Part shown: in pieces, positions 51,030-63,244 of the stretch
Numbering within the stretch: position 1 is the stretch's first letter
Layout: each line of letters opens with the position of its first letter
Source: Squalus acanthias
Taxonomy: Eukaryota
NCBI GenBank assembly: GCA_030390025.1
Contig: CM059431.1
Location: forward strand, 159,094,001 to 159,158,000
Reading direction: 5' to 3'
DNA length: 64,000 nucleotides
Made by a program: the position numbers and the translations under genes
The notes under the pieces: model-generated
What the model was told of the DNA's origin: nothing
The model's input: only the letters and a program-made list of their open reading frames with translations
Database searches by the model: none

Positions 51030-54000
51030 AGAACGTATAAACATAAGAACATAAGAAACAGGAGCAGGAGCAGGCCAATCGGCCCCTCGAGCCTGCTCCG
51101 CCATTCAATAAGATCATGGCTGATCTGATCCTAACCACCAATCTATTATCTGCTATCACAGAACCATCTCCTGCATCTAACAGAATTGCACACACGAAAT
51201 AGGAGCAGAATCAGGCTACACGGTCCCTGGGCCCGCTCCACTACCCATAGGGTCATGACCGATCCGAACCTAGACTCATGTCCAAATTCCTGCCCGCTCC
51301 CCGTAACCCTTAATGCCCTTTACTTCTAGGAAACTGTCTATTTCTGTTTTAAATTTATTTAATGATGTAGCTTCTACAGCTTTTTGTGGCAGCATATTCC
51401 ATGGACCTACCATCCTCTGAGTGAAGTAGTTCCTCCTCATCTCAGTTTTGAAAATAGCAGCCCCTTATTCTAAGACTATGTCCCCCAGTTCTAGTCTCAC
51501 CCGTCATCGGGAACATCCTCCCCGCATCCACCCGATCCAACCCCTTCACAATCTTATATGTTTCAATAAGATCGCCTCTCATTCTTCTGAACTCCAATGA
51601 GTAGAGTCCCAATCTACACAACCTCTCCTCATATGACCACCCCCTCATCCCCGGGATTAACCGAGTGAACCTTTTTTGCACTGCCTCGAGAGCAAGGATG
51701 TCTTTCCTTAAGTAAGGACACCAAAACTGTATGCAGTATTCCAGGTGCGGTTTCACCAATACCTTGTACAACTGAAGCAATACCTCCCTATTTTGATATC
51801 CTATCCCCCTAGCAATGAAAGCCAACATTCCATTTGCCTTCTTAATCACTTGCTGCACCTGCATACTAACCTTTTGAGTTTCGTGCACCAGGACCCCCAG
51901 ATCCCTTTGCAATTCAGTACTCTCCAGTTTCTTGCCATTAAGATAATAAATTGCTCTAGGATTTTTCCTGCCAAAGTGCATCACCTCACACTTTCCAGTG
52001 TTGTATTCCATCTGCCAAATCTCTGCCCACTTACTTAGCCTCTCTATGTCCCCTTGCAGGTTTTTTATGTCCTCTTCACTCACTACTTTCCCTCCCATCT
52101 TTGTATCATCTGCAAATTTTGATATGTTACACTTGGTCCCTTCCTCCAAATCGTTAATATAGATTGTAAAGAGTTGGGGACCCAGCACTGACCCCTGTGG
52201 AACACCACTAGTTACTGATTGCCAGTCTGAGAATGAAGCATTTATCCCAACTCTTTGCTTTCTGTTAGATAGCCAATCCTCTATCCATGACAGAATATTA
52301 CACCCAATCCCGTGATGTTTTACCTTAAGCAATAATCTTTTGTGTGGCACCTTGTCAAATGCCTTTTGGAAGTCTAAATACACTACGTCTACTGGTTCCC
52401 CTTTATCCACTCTATATGTTACTTCCTCAAAGAACTCCAGCAAATTTGTCAAACATGACTTCCCCTTCGTAAAACCATGCTGACTTTGTCCTATTAAATT
52501 ATGATTATCCAAATGTCCTGTTACTGTTTCCTTAATAATGGACTCCAAAATTTTACCTACCACAGATGTTTGGCTAACCGGTCTATAGTTACCAGCCTTC
52601 TGTCTACTGCCCTTTTTAAATAAGGGTGTTACATTAGCAGTTTTCCAGTCTGCCGGGACCTTAGCGGAATCCAGGGAGTTCTGAAAAATTATTACCAATG
52701 CATCTACAATCCCTACCGCCACTTCCTTCAAGACTCTAGGATGTAAGCCATCAGGTCCAGGTGATTTATCCGCCTTGAGTCCCATTATTTTACCGAGTAC
52801 CACTTCCTTAGTGATTTTGATCGTGTTTAGCTCCTCTCCCCCTATAGCCCCCTGTTTGTCCAGTGTTGGGATATACTTAGTGTCCTCTACTGTAAAGACT
52901 GATACAAAATATTCATTCAGTGTTTTTGATATCTCCATATTTCCCACCATTAATTTCCCGGTCTCATCCTCTAAGGGTCCAACATTTACTTTAGCCACCC
53001 TTTTGCTTTTTATATAACTATAAAAACTCTTACTATCTGTTTTTATATTTTTTGCTAATTTACTTTCATAATCTATCTTCCCTTTCTTAATCAATCTTTT
53101 TGTTATTTTTTGCTGCCTTTTAAAGTTTTCCCAATCCTCTGTCCTCCCACTAGATTTCGCTACCTTATATATATAGATACATAGAAGATAGGAGCAGGAG
53201 TAGGCCATCCGGCCCTTCGAGCCTGCTCCGCCATTTAATGAGATCATGGCTGATCATCCAATTCAGTATCCCGTACCCGCCTTCTCTCCGTAACCCTTAA
53301 CCCCTTTTGCCCTTGATTTTAGTCGAATACTATCCTTAATTTCTTTACTTAGCCACGGATGACTGTCCTTTCTTTTACACCCTTTTCTTTTCAGTGGAAT
53401 ATATATTTTTTGGAAGTTGTAAAATAACTCCTTGAATGTACACCACTGATCATGTGTCGTCTTACCCTTTAATCTATTTTCCCAATCCACTCTACTCAAT
53501 TCCGCTCGCATACCTTCATAGTCTCCTTTATTCAAGCTTAGCACGCTTGTTTGAGATCCAACCTTCTCACCCTCTAATTGAATATGGAATTCAACCATGT
53601 TATGGTCACTCATTCCAAGGGGATCCTTTACTAGGACATTTTTAATTAATCCTGTCTCGTTACACAGGACCAGATCTAAGGTTGCTTGCCCAAGGTCGGT
53701 TCAGTTACATACTGCTCAAGAAACCCATCCCTAATACACTCAATGAACTCATCCTCAAGGCAGCCCTGCCCCATTTGATTTGTCCAATTAATATGATAGT
53801 TAAAATCCCCCATAATTATAGATGTTCCCTTATTACATGCCACAACTATTTCCTGATTGATACTCCGTCCAACAGAGTTGCAACTGTTCGGAGGCCTATA
53901 GACTACGCCCACTAATGTTTTTTTCCCCTTATTATTCCTTATCTCCACCCAAACTGTTTCATTATCATGATTTTTTGACCCAATATCATTACTCTGTATT

Positions 54001-54440
54001 ACAGTGATTCCTTCCTTTATTAACATAGCCACCCCACCTCCCCTTCCTTCCTGCCTGTCCTTCCTGATCGTTAAATAACCTGGTATGTTTAATTCCCAGG
54101 CATTGTCAACCTGCAGCCATGTTTCTGTAATGGCCACAATATCATAACCATATGTAGTTATTTGTGCCATTAACTCGTCTATTTTGTTACGAATGCTACG
54201 TGCATTCAGATAGAGAACTTTCAAATATGCTTTGTGGCACTTAGTTCCTGCTTTTTCACTTTTTACCACTTTACCTTTTACTCCACATATTCTGTCCCTT
54301 CCTGCCACGCTCTGATTTGTGATTCCCCTACTGCTACCTGTGTCATTTTTATTTTTTGCTCTCTTGTAACCTCCCCCCCACTAATTAGTTTAAAGCCCTC
54401 TCCACAGCCCGAGTTATTCGATTCGCCAGGACATTAGTCC
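51030..54440 (-). mobile_element. Young CR1 LINE with almost intact ORF2 (endonuclease + RT)
   Basis: LYLNARSIRNK, AITETWL, GDFNYH, SDHN, YLDFQKAFDKVPH, GVPQGSVLGP, KFADDTK; broken only by a frameshift near 53690, an insertion at about 53171-53308 and a C-terminal frameshift near 51455. Confidence 0.95.
53171..53308 (-). mobile_element. Short CR1 3'-end insertion inside CR1 ORF2
   Basis: Matches the 3' end at 465-600; splits ...IRLKSRA|YKVAKSSG.... Confidence 0.85.
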
Positions 54441-54449
54441 CAACACAGT

Positions 54450-54830
54450 AATAAGATGTCCAAAGAACTTCGCAGGAGCCCTATCAAACAAAACTTCTCA
54501 CCGAGCTACACATAAGGACAGGTGACGAAAAGCTTAGCCAAAGAGGTGGATTTTATGGAGCGTCTTAAAGGAGAGAGCGGGAATTCCAGACTTTATGGCA
54601 GTAGAAGGAATGGCCACCGATGCCGGAGTGATTAAAATCGGAGGTGCACAAGACGCCTGAATTAGATGATCAGAGTGATCTCGAGGGCTTGTGTTGGAGG
54701 AGGTGACATAGATAGGGACTGCGAGGACATGGAGGGTTTTGAAAACTAGGATGAGAATGTTTAAATCGATGTGTTGCCGGATCGTGTGCCAATGCATGTC
54801 AGAAAGCCCACGGGAGATGGATGCTTTCTA
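54450..54830 (-). mobile_element. L2 3' fragment
   Basis: MHWHTIRQHIDLNILILVFKTLHVLA. Confidence 0.75.
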
Positions 54831-54902
54831 TATCAGATCTATACAGACACGTCTCAGAATAGCTGCTTCAAATCCGTGAAATAAAACTTGTCTACAGCTA
54901 AT

Positions 54903-55000
54903 ATAAAAGCAAAATACTGCGGATGCGGCAAATATGAAACAAAAACAGAAATTGCTGGAAATACTCAGCAGTTCAGGCAGCATTTCTGGAGAGAGAATGT
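54903..55000 (-). mobile_element. Penelope pLTR terminal fragment
   Basis: aaagcaaaatactgcggatgc...aaaacagaaattgctggaaatactcagcag, the same terminus as at 25283 and 47810. Confidence 0.7.
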
Positions 55001-56446
55001 TCTAATTCTAATCCGTTCTAGCCACCCCTTTATTTCTAAATGTTCACTAATTCAACCTGGATTTACAGATTCGAACAGCTTAATCACAAATAACAGACAA
55101 AGTGGCTGATCCTCTCTCCCCATTTTAACAGAGACATTGTTTGGGCTCTTTCAGTCCAGCTATATATTTCTGATATTGTATGACGGTTGAGAAATTGTGG
55201 TCAAAGTCCCTTTTATCACCCTTCTTATTTCCTTTAATAGCACGAGGGGCAATATCTCTGGGTCCAGTGACTTCTCCACCTCAGCTGTTCGTCTCAGATC
55301 CAAATCCTTCTCTACAGTGATCTCTAAATATGGACCCACATCCTCCTCTTGTAGATCAACATTTTCACTTCCAGCATCAAAGGAAATATTCTGTATCTCC
55401 CCAAACCTTCACCCTCCACGAGTTTCCCCCAGCTCCCCATCTATCTCACCTCCACTGCAACAGGAAATTCTCTTAGTCCAGTGAAATCCCAGGCCCTGTC
55501 CTGTAGAGAATAAATCACATCTCTCAGACCTGTGACTTTCAAAATGCCTTTGGAATGATTTGTAAATTTACAGGCACAACAGTCAATCGTAAATCCAATT
55601 CATTGGAATGTTGATCCTATTTTATTTTACATTTGTTTAACACCAATCACTTCATCTCTCACTGCTCGAAAACAACCTTCCTTTATCCTGCTAATAATGT
55701 TTCACTATTACATAAATATTCTGTTTCAGCTCCAACAGTTTTATTAATCCCGCTCTCTAGTCTCAGATGCGGATAATTCCCACCCTACAGTCATATCAGA
55801 TGATAACCTTCAAACTGCTCCACTCACCTATTCTGCAAAACCATTGTTGCTGTTGGGTTCACATCGCGGCCAACTTTCCCTTCTCGCAGAACCCACTCTA
55901 GTGCGCCAATGGCGTGAACCCTTCCCTCGTCCTCCAGCAAACCAGTCCGACTTTGAACTACCACATATTTCCCTAATTAAACAGCTCAGTGCTAAACAAT
56001 CTAGAGATCAAAACCTTGAATCCTTGTCTTTAGTCTAGTGCCTCAGTCTCAATATTCTCTTTTTAAACGTTTTTCTATCCGTGTTACTGATTCCGAGAAT
56101 GGGTAATTTCTGCTCTCCTATCCTTCCCAGACACATTTCCACCTGTTCCAGGATGTTCAACCCTTTGGCACCAGGGAGGAAACTTATCATTTTGCACCAG
56201 CTCAGGGCTGCAGACGAGTCTGTATATTCCCCTGAATATAAAAATTCTTGCCACTATTCATCTCTTTTTTCCTGTGCCCCACCTGCCTCTCACCCGACGC
56301 GGGGTGGCCTCCTGCTCCCTGCTATCACACTGTTGCTCAGGAAGACGCTCCTCTGAGTCACTGTCTCTATCCACCTTACAGTCCCCAGAACCGGGTGTCT
56401 ATTGGAAAGTTCCACTACTTGGGGGATCCATTCACCTGTGACTGCA

Positions 56447-58208
56447 GGGGAAGTCATAATGGGGAACAAAGAAACGGCAGACCAATTAAATGCATATTTT
56501 GGTTCTGTCTTCACAAAGGAGGACACAAATAACCTCCCAGAGATGCTTGAGAACATACGGTCTGATGAAAGGGAGGAACTGAAAGAAATCTGTATTTGCA
56601 GGGAAATGGTGTTCGGGCAATTGACAGGATTGAAGGCCAATAAATCCCCAGGGCCTGATAATCTACATCCTAGGGTACTTAAGGAAGTGGCCCTAGAAAT
56701 AGTAGACGCATTGCTGATCATCTTCCAACATTCGATGGAATCTGGAACTGTATCCATGGATTGGAGGCAAGCTAATGTTATCCTACTATTCAAAAAGGGT
56801 GGTAGAGAGAAAGCGGGGAATTACAGACCGGTAAGCCTGACATCCGTAGTGGGGAAAATGCTAGAGTCCATTATAAAGGATGTAATAGCTGAGCACTTGA
56901 GAAACAGTGACAGGATCGGACAATGTCAACATGGATTTACAAAAGGTAAATCTTGCTTGAATAATCTACTGGAAATTTTTGAGAATGTAACTGGGAAAAT
57001 AGATAAGGGAGAACCAGTAGATGTGGTGTATTTGGATTTTCAAAAGGCTTTCGATAAGGTCCCGCATGAGATATTAGCGTGTAAAGTTAAGGCACATGGG
57101 ATTGGGGGCAAGGTATTGACTTGGATAGAGAACTGGTTGGCGGACAAAACAACAAAGAGTAGGAATTAATGGGTCTTTTCTGAGTGGCAAGCAGTGACTA
57201 GTGGGGTACCGCAGGGATCGATCATTGGACCCCAGCTATTCACAATATACATTAATGATCTAGATAAGGGAACTAAATGTAATAACTCCAAATTTGCCGA
57301 TGACACAAAGCTGGGTGGGAGTGTCTGCTGCGAGGAGGATACCGAGAAACTCTAGGATGGTTTGGACAGCTTGGGTGAGTGGGCAGAAGCGTGGCAGATG
57401 CAATATAACGTGGATAAATGCGAGGTAATCCACGTTGGTGTCAAAAACAGAAAGGCAGACTATTATTTGAATGGCAATAGTTTGTCAGAAGGGGAAGTGC
57501 AAGGAGTCCTGGGCGTCCTTGTGCACCAGTCGCTGAAGGTAAGCATGCAGGTGCAGCAGGCGGTGAAGAAGGCAAATGGTATGTTTGCCTTCATAGCGAA
57601 AGGGTTTGAGTATAGGAACAGTGATGTCCTGCTGCAGTTGTACAGGGCCTTGGTGAAACCACACCTTGAATATTGTGTGCCGTTTTGCTCGCCTTATCTG
57701 AGGAAGTATGTTCTTGCCTTGGAGGGAGGTCAGCGAAGATTCACAAGGCTGATCCCTGGGATGTCAGGAATGACATATGAGGTGAGATTGGGTCGATTGG
57801 GATTATACGCGCTGGAATATAGAAGAATGAGAGGGGATCTCATCGAAACATATAACATTCTGACAGGTCTGGACAAACTAGATGCAGGAAGAATGTTCCC
57901 GATGGCCGGAGAGTCCAGAACCAGGGGTCATAATCTAAGGATAAGGGGTAAGCCATTTCGGACAGCAATGAGGAAGAATATCTTCACCCAGAGGGTGGTG
58001 AACCTGTGGAATTTCTACCACAAAAGGTAGTTGAGGCCAAGTCATTAAATATATTCAAGAATGTGTTAGATATATTCCTTAAAGCTAAAGGTGTCAAGGG
58101 ATATGGGGAGAAGGCAGGCACAGGGTACTGAGTTTGGATGATCAGCCATGATCTCATTGAATGGCCGAATGGCCTACTCCTGCTCCTATCTTCTATGGTT
58201 CTATGTTT
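56447..58208 (+). mobile_element. CR1 LINE, 5'-truncated, same subfamily as 460-3185
   Basis: RT ORFs 56402-57169 and 57362-58030, and 3' tail ttctatggttctatgttt. Confidence 0.93.
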
Positions 58209-58350
58209 CCCTTTAGATGGTCACTCCCTTTGATCTTTCTACTCAACCTCTGTCCTGTTCCATCTTCCTGTGTGAAGTGCAGTTGCTTGCACGAGATCTG
58301 GACCCTCTATCAGGACAGAAATTATATTTAAGAGTATTTTCTGAACTTAC

Positions 58351-58414
58351 CTGTGTCCACTCTTATTCTTTTGGAAGATGCTGGATCTTCTCCCCTGGTT
58401 GGACCTTCAGCCAT
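58351..58414 (-). CDS. NLR coding exon 1, distal duplicate (MAEGPTRGEDPASSKRIRVDT)
   Basis: Acceptor tttattacag at 58447-58448, strong Kozak cccaccATGg, phase-1 donor G|GTAAGT; same 64-nt coding length as the proximal copy. Confidence 0.65.
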
Positions 58415-58569
58415 GGTGGGAACAGGCATTCCCAAATTCTGATGCTCTGTAATAAATATAATATTAACAGGAGTGTTCGCTGGAAATATTAAAATGAGTA
58501 GGAGAACGTGGCCTTGCTAAACATGATATCAAGTCCCTCCTCCCCCATCAGTACAACAGCTGTTAGCTC

Positions 58570-61500
58570 CGGGATCGAGAATTTCCCGAGTGTTACGACC
58601 AACACTTCACATCAGTTGTGACACAGACAGCTGCCCAGTGAAAACCAGTGAGGCCCGCTGATCTTGCGTGTGCACTTCTATTTCCACTTTTTTCTCCCCT
58701 TTTCCTTTTCTCTCTATCACTCCCTGATTGCTCTCTTCTCTCATGATGTCTCCTTTCATCTATCCTCTCTCGGATACACTGCCCTTCCAATCCCTACACC
58801 TACCCTTCATTACTCATCGACATTCCTACTCTCCTGCTGACTTCCCAGGCTTGAATCCCTCTTAGATAAGTCTACAGCTTCCCTATGTGCCTCTCTTGGC
58901 ATCCTCCGAAAGGCCCACCGTGGCACTCGTTGCGGCCTCCTCACGAGCAGCAACCACAACTGTATTAGTCTACTCTTTCGCAGACCTTCCCGCCCAGTCC
59001 GTACGTAGGGTTCTAATCTTGTCAAGCTCCTTTCCGTCCAACTCACCCCTCCCTGCGCTCACCCTGTGGACACTGGCAGTGGGTTAGATTTCACTGAACC
59101 TCTCCACACCTCTCTCCAGAATGTTCATTCTCTTGCGAACTAGATCCAACCATCCATGAGCTTATCATGAATGATTTCATCGACATCATGGCCCTGACGG
59201 AATCTTGGCTGAGGGTTGATGACACCTTACCCTTAAATGAAGACTCCCCAACGGACCATACTTTCCAGCAATTGCCCAGCCCAGACAGCCATGGCGACAG
59301 TGCGGCTCTCATCACCAAATCATACCTTTTGCTGTCCCATACTCATCCGCCACGTTCTCCTCCTTTGAGCATCACACCTTATTTCACAATTCTCACCTCA
59401 TTTAAAATTCTCGTTCTCTATCGCCCACCAAAGTACCATTATAATTTTATCACCGAGATAGCTTCACTGCACTCCTCCCTCAGCATCTGCAACACGCGAA
59501 TTCTCATCCTCGGTGATATCAACCTCCATCTCAATTCATCATGCTCTCTCTCCACTGAGTTCACTGCCCAGCGAACTCCCTTAATCTCTCCCTCCATGTA
59601 AACGTCCCAACCCATATTCACGGTCACCCCCTCGACCTAGCCATCTCTCGTGGCCTCGATACTCTCCTCGTGTCAATGGCATATAAAGCCATCTCTGACC
59701 ATTTCCTTCTATCACTCTCCACCCACATCCCCCTTCTCCCCCATCCCTACTTCGTTCTTTTTCCTCCCCTGGAAAGTAAACTCTCTCCCAATTCTCTTAC
59801 AACAGCACTTACGAAATCCCAACTGTCCAAACTTTCGCCCTCCATTCACCACAACATTTCTGCAGCTAGCGATCTGCTCAACCACACCCTCACCACCACC
59901 ATCGATGCTATAGTCCCAATTAAATAAATTACACTGTCTCACCCTAGCTGTTCTAATGGGTACGGGTCTCATCTTCGCTCGCTTAAGTGCAAGAGACGCA
60001 GACTTGAACAGATTAAGCAGACAACTGGTTTAGCCTTTCTCTGCCAGATCTGGCTGGACCACCTAAAGCATTACCGGGACCTCCTCTCGTCTGTCAAAAT
60101 TGCTCACTGTTCCAGAATCATTATAGGAATGCAAAGCTAAACCCCGGCTTCTATTCTGCACTGCAAACCAGCTTCTTCAACCCTTGTCCCCTGTCTCCTA
60201 CAGCCTCACCTCCAATAACTAGAGTGAGAAGCTCATGAACTTCTTTGGCCCTAAGATTGAGACCATGCGATCAGCGGCCTCTGCCACTTCTTTTCCTTCC
60301 CCTAACTCACGGGCCAAACTTCAACTAAGTCTCCGCCCTGCCCTAGCCCTGATCTCGCAACTTTCTCCATTTTCTCTCCGATCTCCGCTCCTGATCTCTC
60401 CGCGCACAACTTGTCCATAAGTCTCACTTCCTGCTACCTCGACCCTATTCCCACCAAACTGCTAACCAGCCAACTTTCTTTTCTAGCTACTTTGTCAGCT
60501 GGCATTGTTAACGGTTCTCTCTCCACAAGTACTGTTCCTCCCTCCTTCAAATTTGCCGTTATCACCCCTCTCCTTAAATAAAACAAATCTTGACTCCGAC
60601 GACCTTGCAAACTTTCGCCCCATTTACAAACTCCCTTTCTGCTAAAAAGTCCTTGAACATGTTGTAGCCTCCCAAATCCATTCCCATGTTTCCTGCAACT
60701 CCATGTTTGAATCCCTCCAATCAGGTATCTGCCCCTGCCACAGTACCGAAACGGCTGTCATCAAAGTCACAAATGACATCCTTTGTGACTGTGACAAAGA
60801 CAAACTATCCCTCCTCGTGCTTCTCGACTTCTCAGCAGCTTTTGACACAGTTCACCGCTCCACACTCCTCCAATGCCTTTCCAAAGACGTCCAGCTGGGT
60901 GGGACTTCACGCGCCTGGTTCCATTCTTATCTATCATAGGCAGAGAATAATCTGCAATGGCTTCTCTTCCAGCTAAAGCATCGTTAGCTCTGATGTTCCC
61001 CAGGAATCTATCCTTTGCCCCCAGCTATTTCGCATCTACATGTTGCTCATTGACAATATCATAGGAAACACCGCATCAGGTTCCACATGTACGCTGACGT
61101 CACCCGTTTCTACCTCACCACCACTTCTCTCGACCCCTCAACTGTCTCTAAATTGTCAGTCTGCTTGTCTGACATCCAGTTCTGAATGAGCAGAAAAGTT
61201 CTCCTGTTAAATATTGGGAAGACATTGTTTTCGTGCTCCGCCTCCGAATCCATCCCTCTCCCTAACATCTCTCTGAGGCAGAACTGCACTGTTCGCAAAA
61301 TACGAGTCATATTTTACCCTGAAATGAGCTTCCCACCACATAGCCATGGCATATCTTAGACCGCCTATTTCCACCTCCGTAACACCGCCCGACGCCACCC
61401 CTGCATCAGCACATCTGCCTATGAAATCCTCATCCATGCCTTTGTTAACTGTAGACTTGACTATTCCAACACACTCCTGGCTGGCCACCCACGTTCTACA

Positions 61501-61950
61501 CTACGTAAATTATGGCCATCCAAAACTCGAGAGCCAGTGTCCTAAATCGCACCCAGTCACATTCACCCATCACCCCTGTGCTCGCTGACCTACATAGGAT
61601 CCCGGTTAAGCAACGCATCGATTTCAAAATTCTCACCCTTGTTTTGAATTCCCTCCATGGCCTCTCATCTCCCTACCTCTAATCTCTTCCAGCCTCATGC
61701 CTGCCCTTCCCGGGATAAATGTGCTCCTATCATTTCCACTCTTGAGCATCCCGGATTAAATCGCTCAACCCTTGGTGGCCGGGCCTTCAGTTGTCAAGGC
61801 TCTAAGCTCTGCAATTTCCTACCTAAACTTCTACACCTCGCTACCTCTCTTTCCTCCTTTAAGTCGCTCCTTAAAACCTATCTCTTTGAGCAAGCTTTTA
61901 GTCATCTGCCCTAATTTTCCTTTGTGGCACGGTGTCAAATGTTTGTCTTA
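58570..61950 (+). mobile_element. L2 LINE, near full-length, decayed
   Basis: IDIMALTESWL, VLYRPPK, ILGDINLH, ISDHFL (endonuclease), LQSGICPCHSTETA and LLDFSAAFDTV (RT), and 3' region. Confidence 0.9.
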
Positions 61951-62198
61951 TAACAACAACTTTTATTTCTACAGCGCCTTTAAAGTAGTAAAACATCCCA
62001 AGGCACTGCAATGGAGTATTGTAAGAAAAAAATTTGACACTGAGCCACATAAAGATAAATTAGGGTGGGTGACCAAATGCTTCGTCAGAGAGGTAGGTTT
62101 TAAGGTGCATCTTAATAGAGGGAAGTGTGGTAGCGCGGCGGAACGGTTTAGGGACGTATTTCATTGGCTTTGGCTAGAGGCAACAGTGAGCGATTAGA
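61950..62198 (-). mobile_element. L2 3'-end fragment, tail-to-tail with the previous L2
   Basis: Homologous to 30960-31230. Confidence 0.75.
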
Positions 62199-62199
62199 A

Positions 62200-62445
62200 A
62201 TAGGTTTATAGTCCAACAGTTTTATTTGAAATCACGAGCTTTCGGAGCGCTGCTCCTTCGTCAGGTAGAGTGAAGGAATACCAATCAGCAAAGCATATAT
62301 AGAGAGAGAACAATGTGTAGCGTACAGTGTCAGACGACTACAGTAAATCTTACTGACTGCCCTCCATCTCACCTCGGCAGAGATACAATCAAGGATGGCA
62401 TTACATCAAAGACACAGCAAAATACCGCTAAGACAATGAGCTGAG
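62200..62445 (-). mobile_element. Penelope pLTR single arm (same family as the palindromes) with hammerhead motif at about 62232-62268
   Basis: ttatagtccaacag...gctttcggagcgctgctccttcgtcagg...tacatcaaagacaca...aagacaatgag matches 15150-15340. Confidence 0.75.
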
Positions 62446-63244
62446 GTAACAAGGGGTCTAACGTGCCAACAAAAAACCTGTGCCCCACATCATTTTCTTA
62501 GAGTTAGAGACTATTCTGCAGGGATACATGGAGCGGGTGATCATTGATGAATTAAATGATCCTTCACAAGGTTTAACAAAGTCTGGCGGTATAATATTAT
62601 ACTTGCTCACAGATTTTTGTTTAATATTTTGGATTTGTTGTGTTTTGATGTTAAATTCTGGTAGTTTATGACTGTGATATCTATCCACACACAAGATATA
62701 GCTGGGAGTGATCTCTCAGTTCTCTATGGTAAGTGACATTGTCCGTGTTTCCATGGAGCTGTGATCTGGTTGGTGATTCTATTTTAATATCTTGACCATA
62801 TCTCTCCTGGTTGCAGCACTGACTGATGAGCACTGCAGGAGGTGAGGAAATTTTCCACTGTTCCACTAATATACACACTAATGCATAATGTCACGTCACT
62901 TTAAACAGTGAGATGATGCACAGCATTGATTAGTGGAATATATTTTGGGCTGACAATCTCAGAATTGTCCATAAATATGCAAGTGGTAGATTTGCCTGCA
63001 GTTTTACAAACACAATTCTCCACTTGTGCGCGTGTCTCGCTGTGTGTGTGTCCACACACGTGCGTCCAATCAAACACTTAGTCGCATCCTTTCCTTACCC
63101 AACTGGAAATGTAAAAGCGATTCAGTCTCGGATCAGTAACTTCTCCAAATTAAGGTCCAAGATCTTTGATAAAATTAATTTAGAACTGAGTTTGAGACCT
63201 TGTAAAATTCAGTTATCTGCTGTTTCATCTTCTTTTTACCTAGA

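Noticed and set aside
51442..53247. 601-aa ORF as a host gene or an active element
   Set aside because: It is the CR1 RT region. Its Met and first ~25 aa come from an inserted CR1 3' end, and the endonuclease is disconnected by the insertion and a frameshift.
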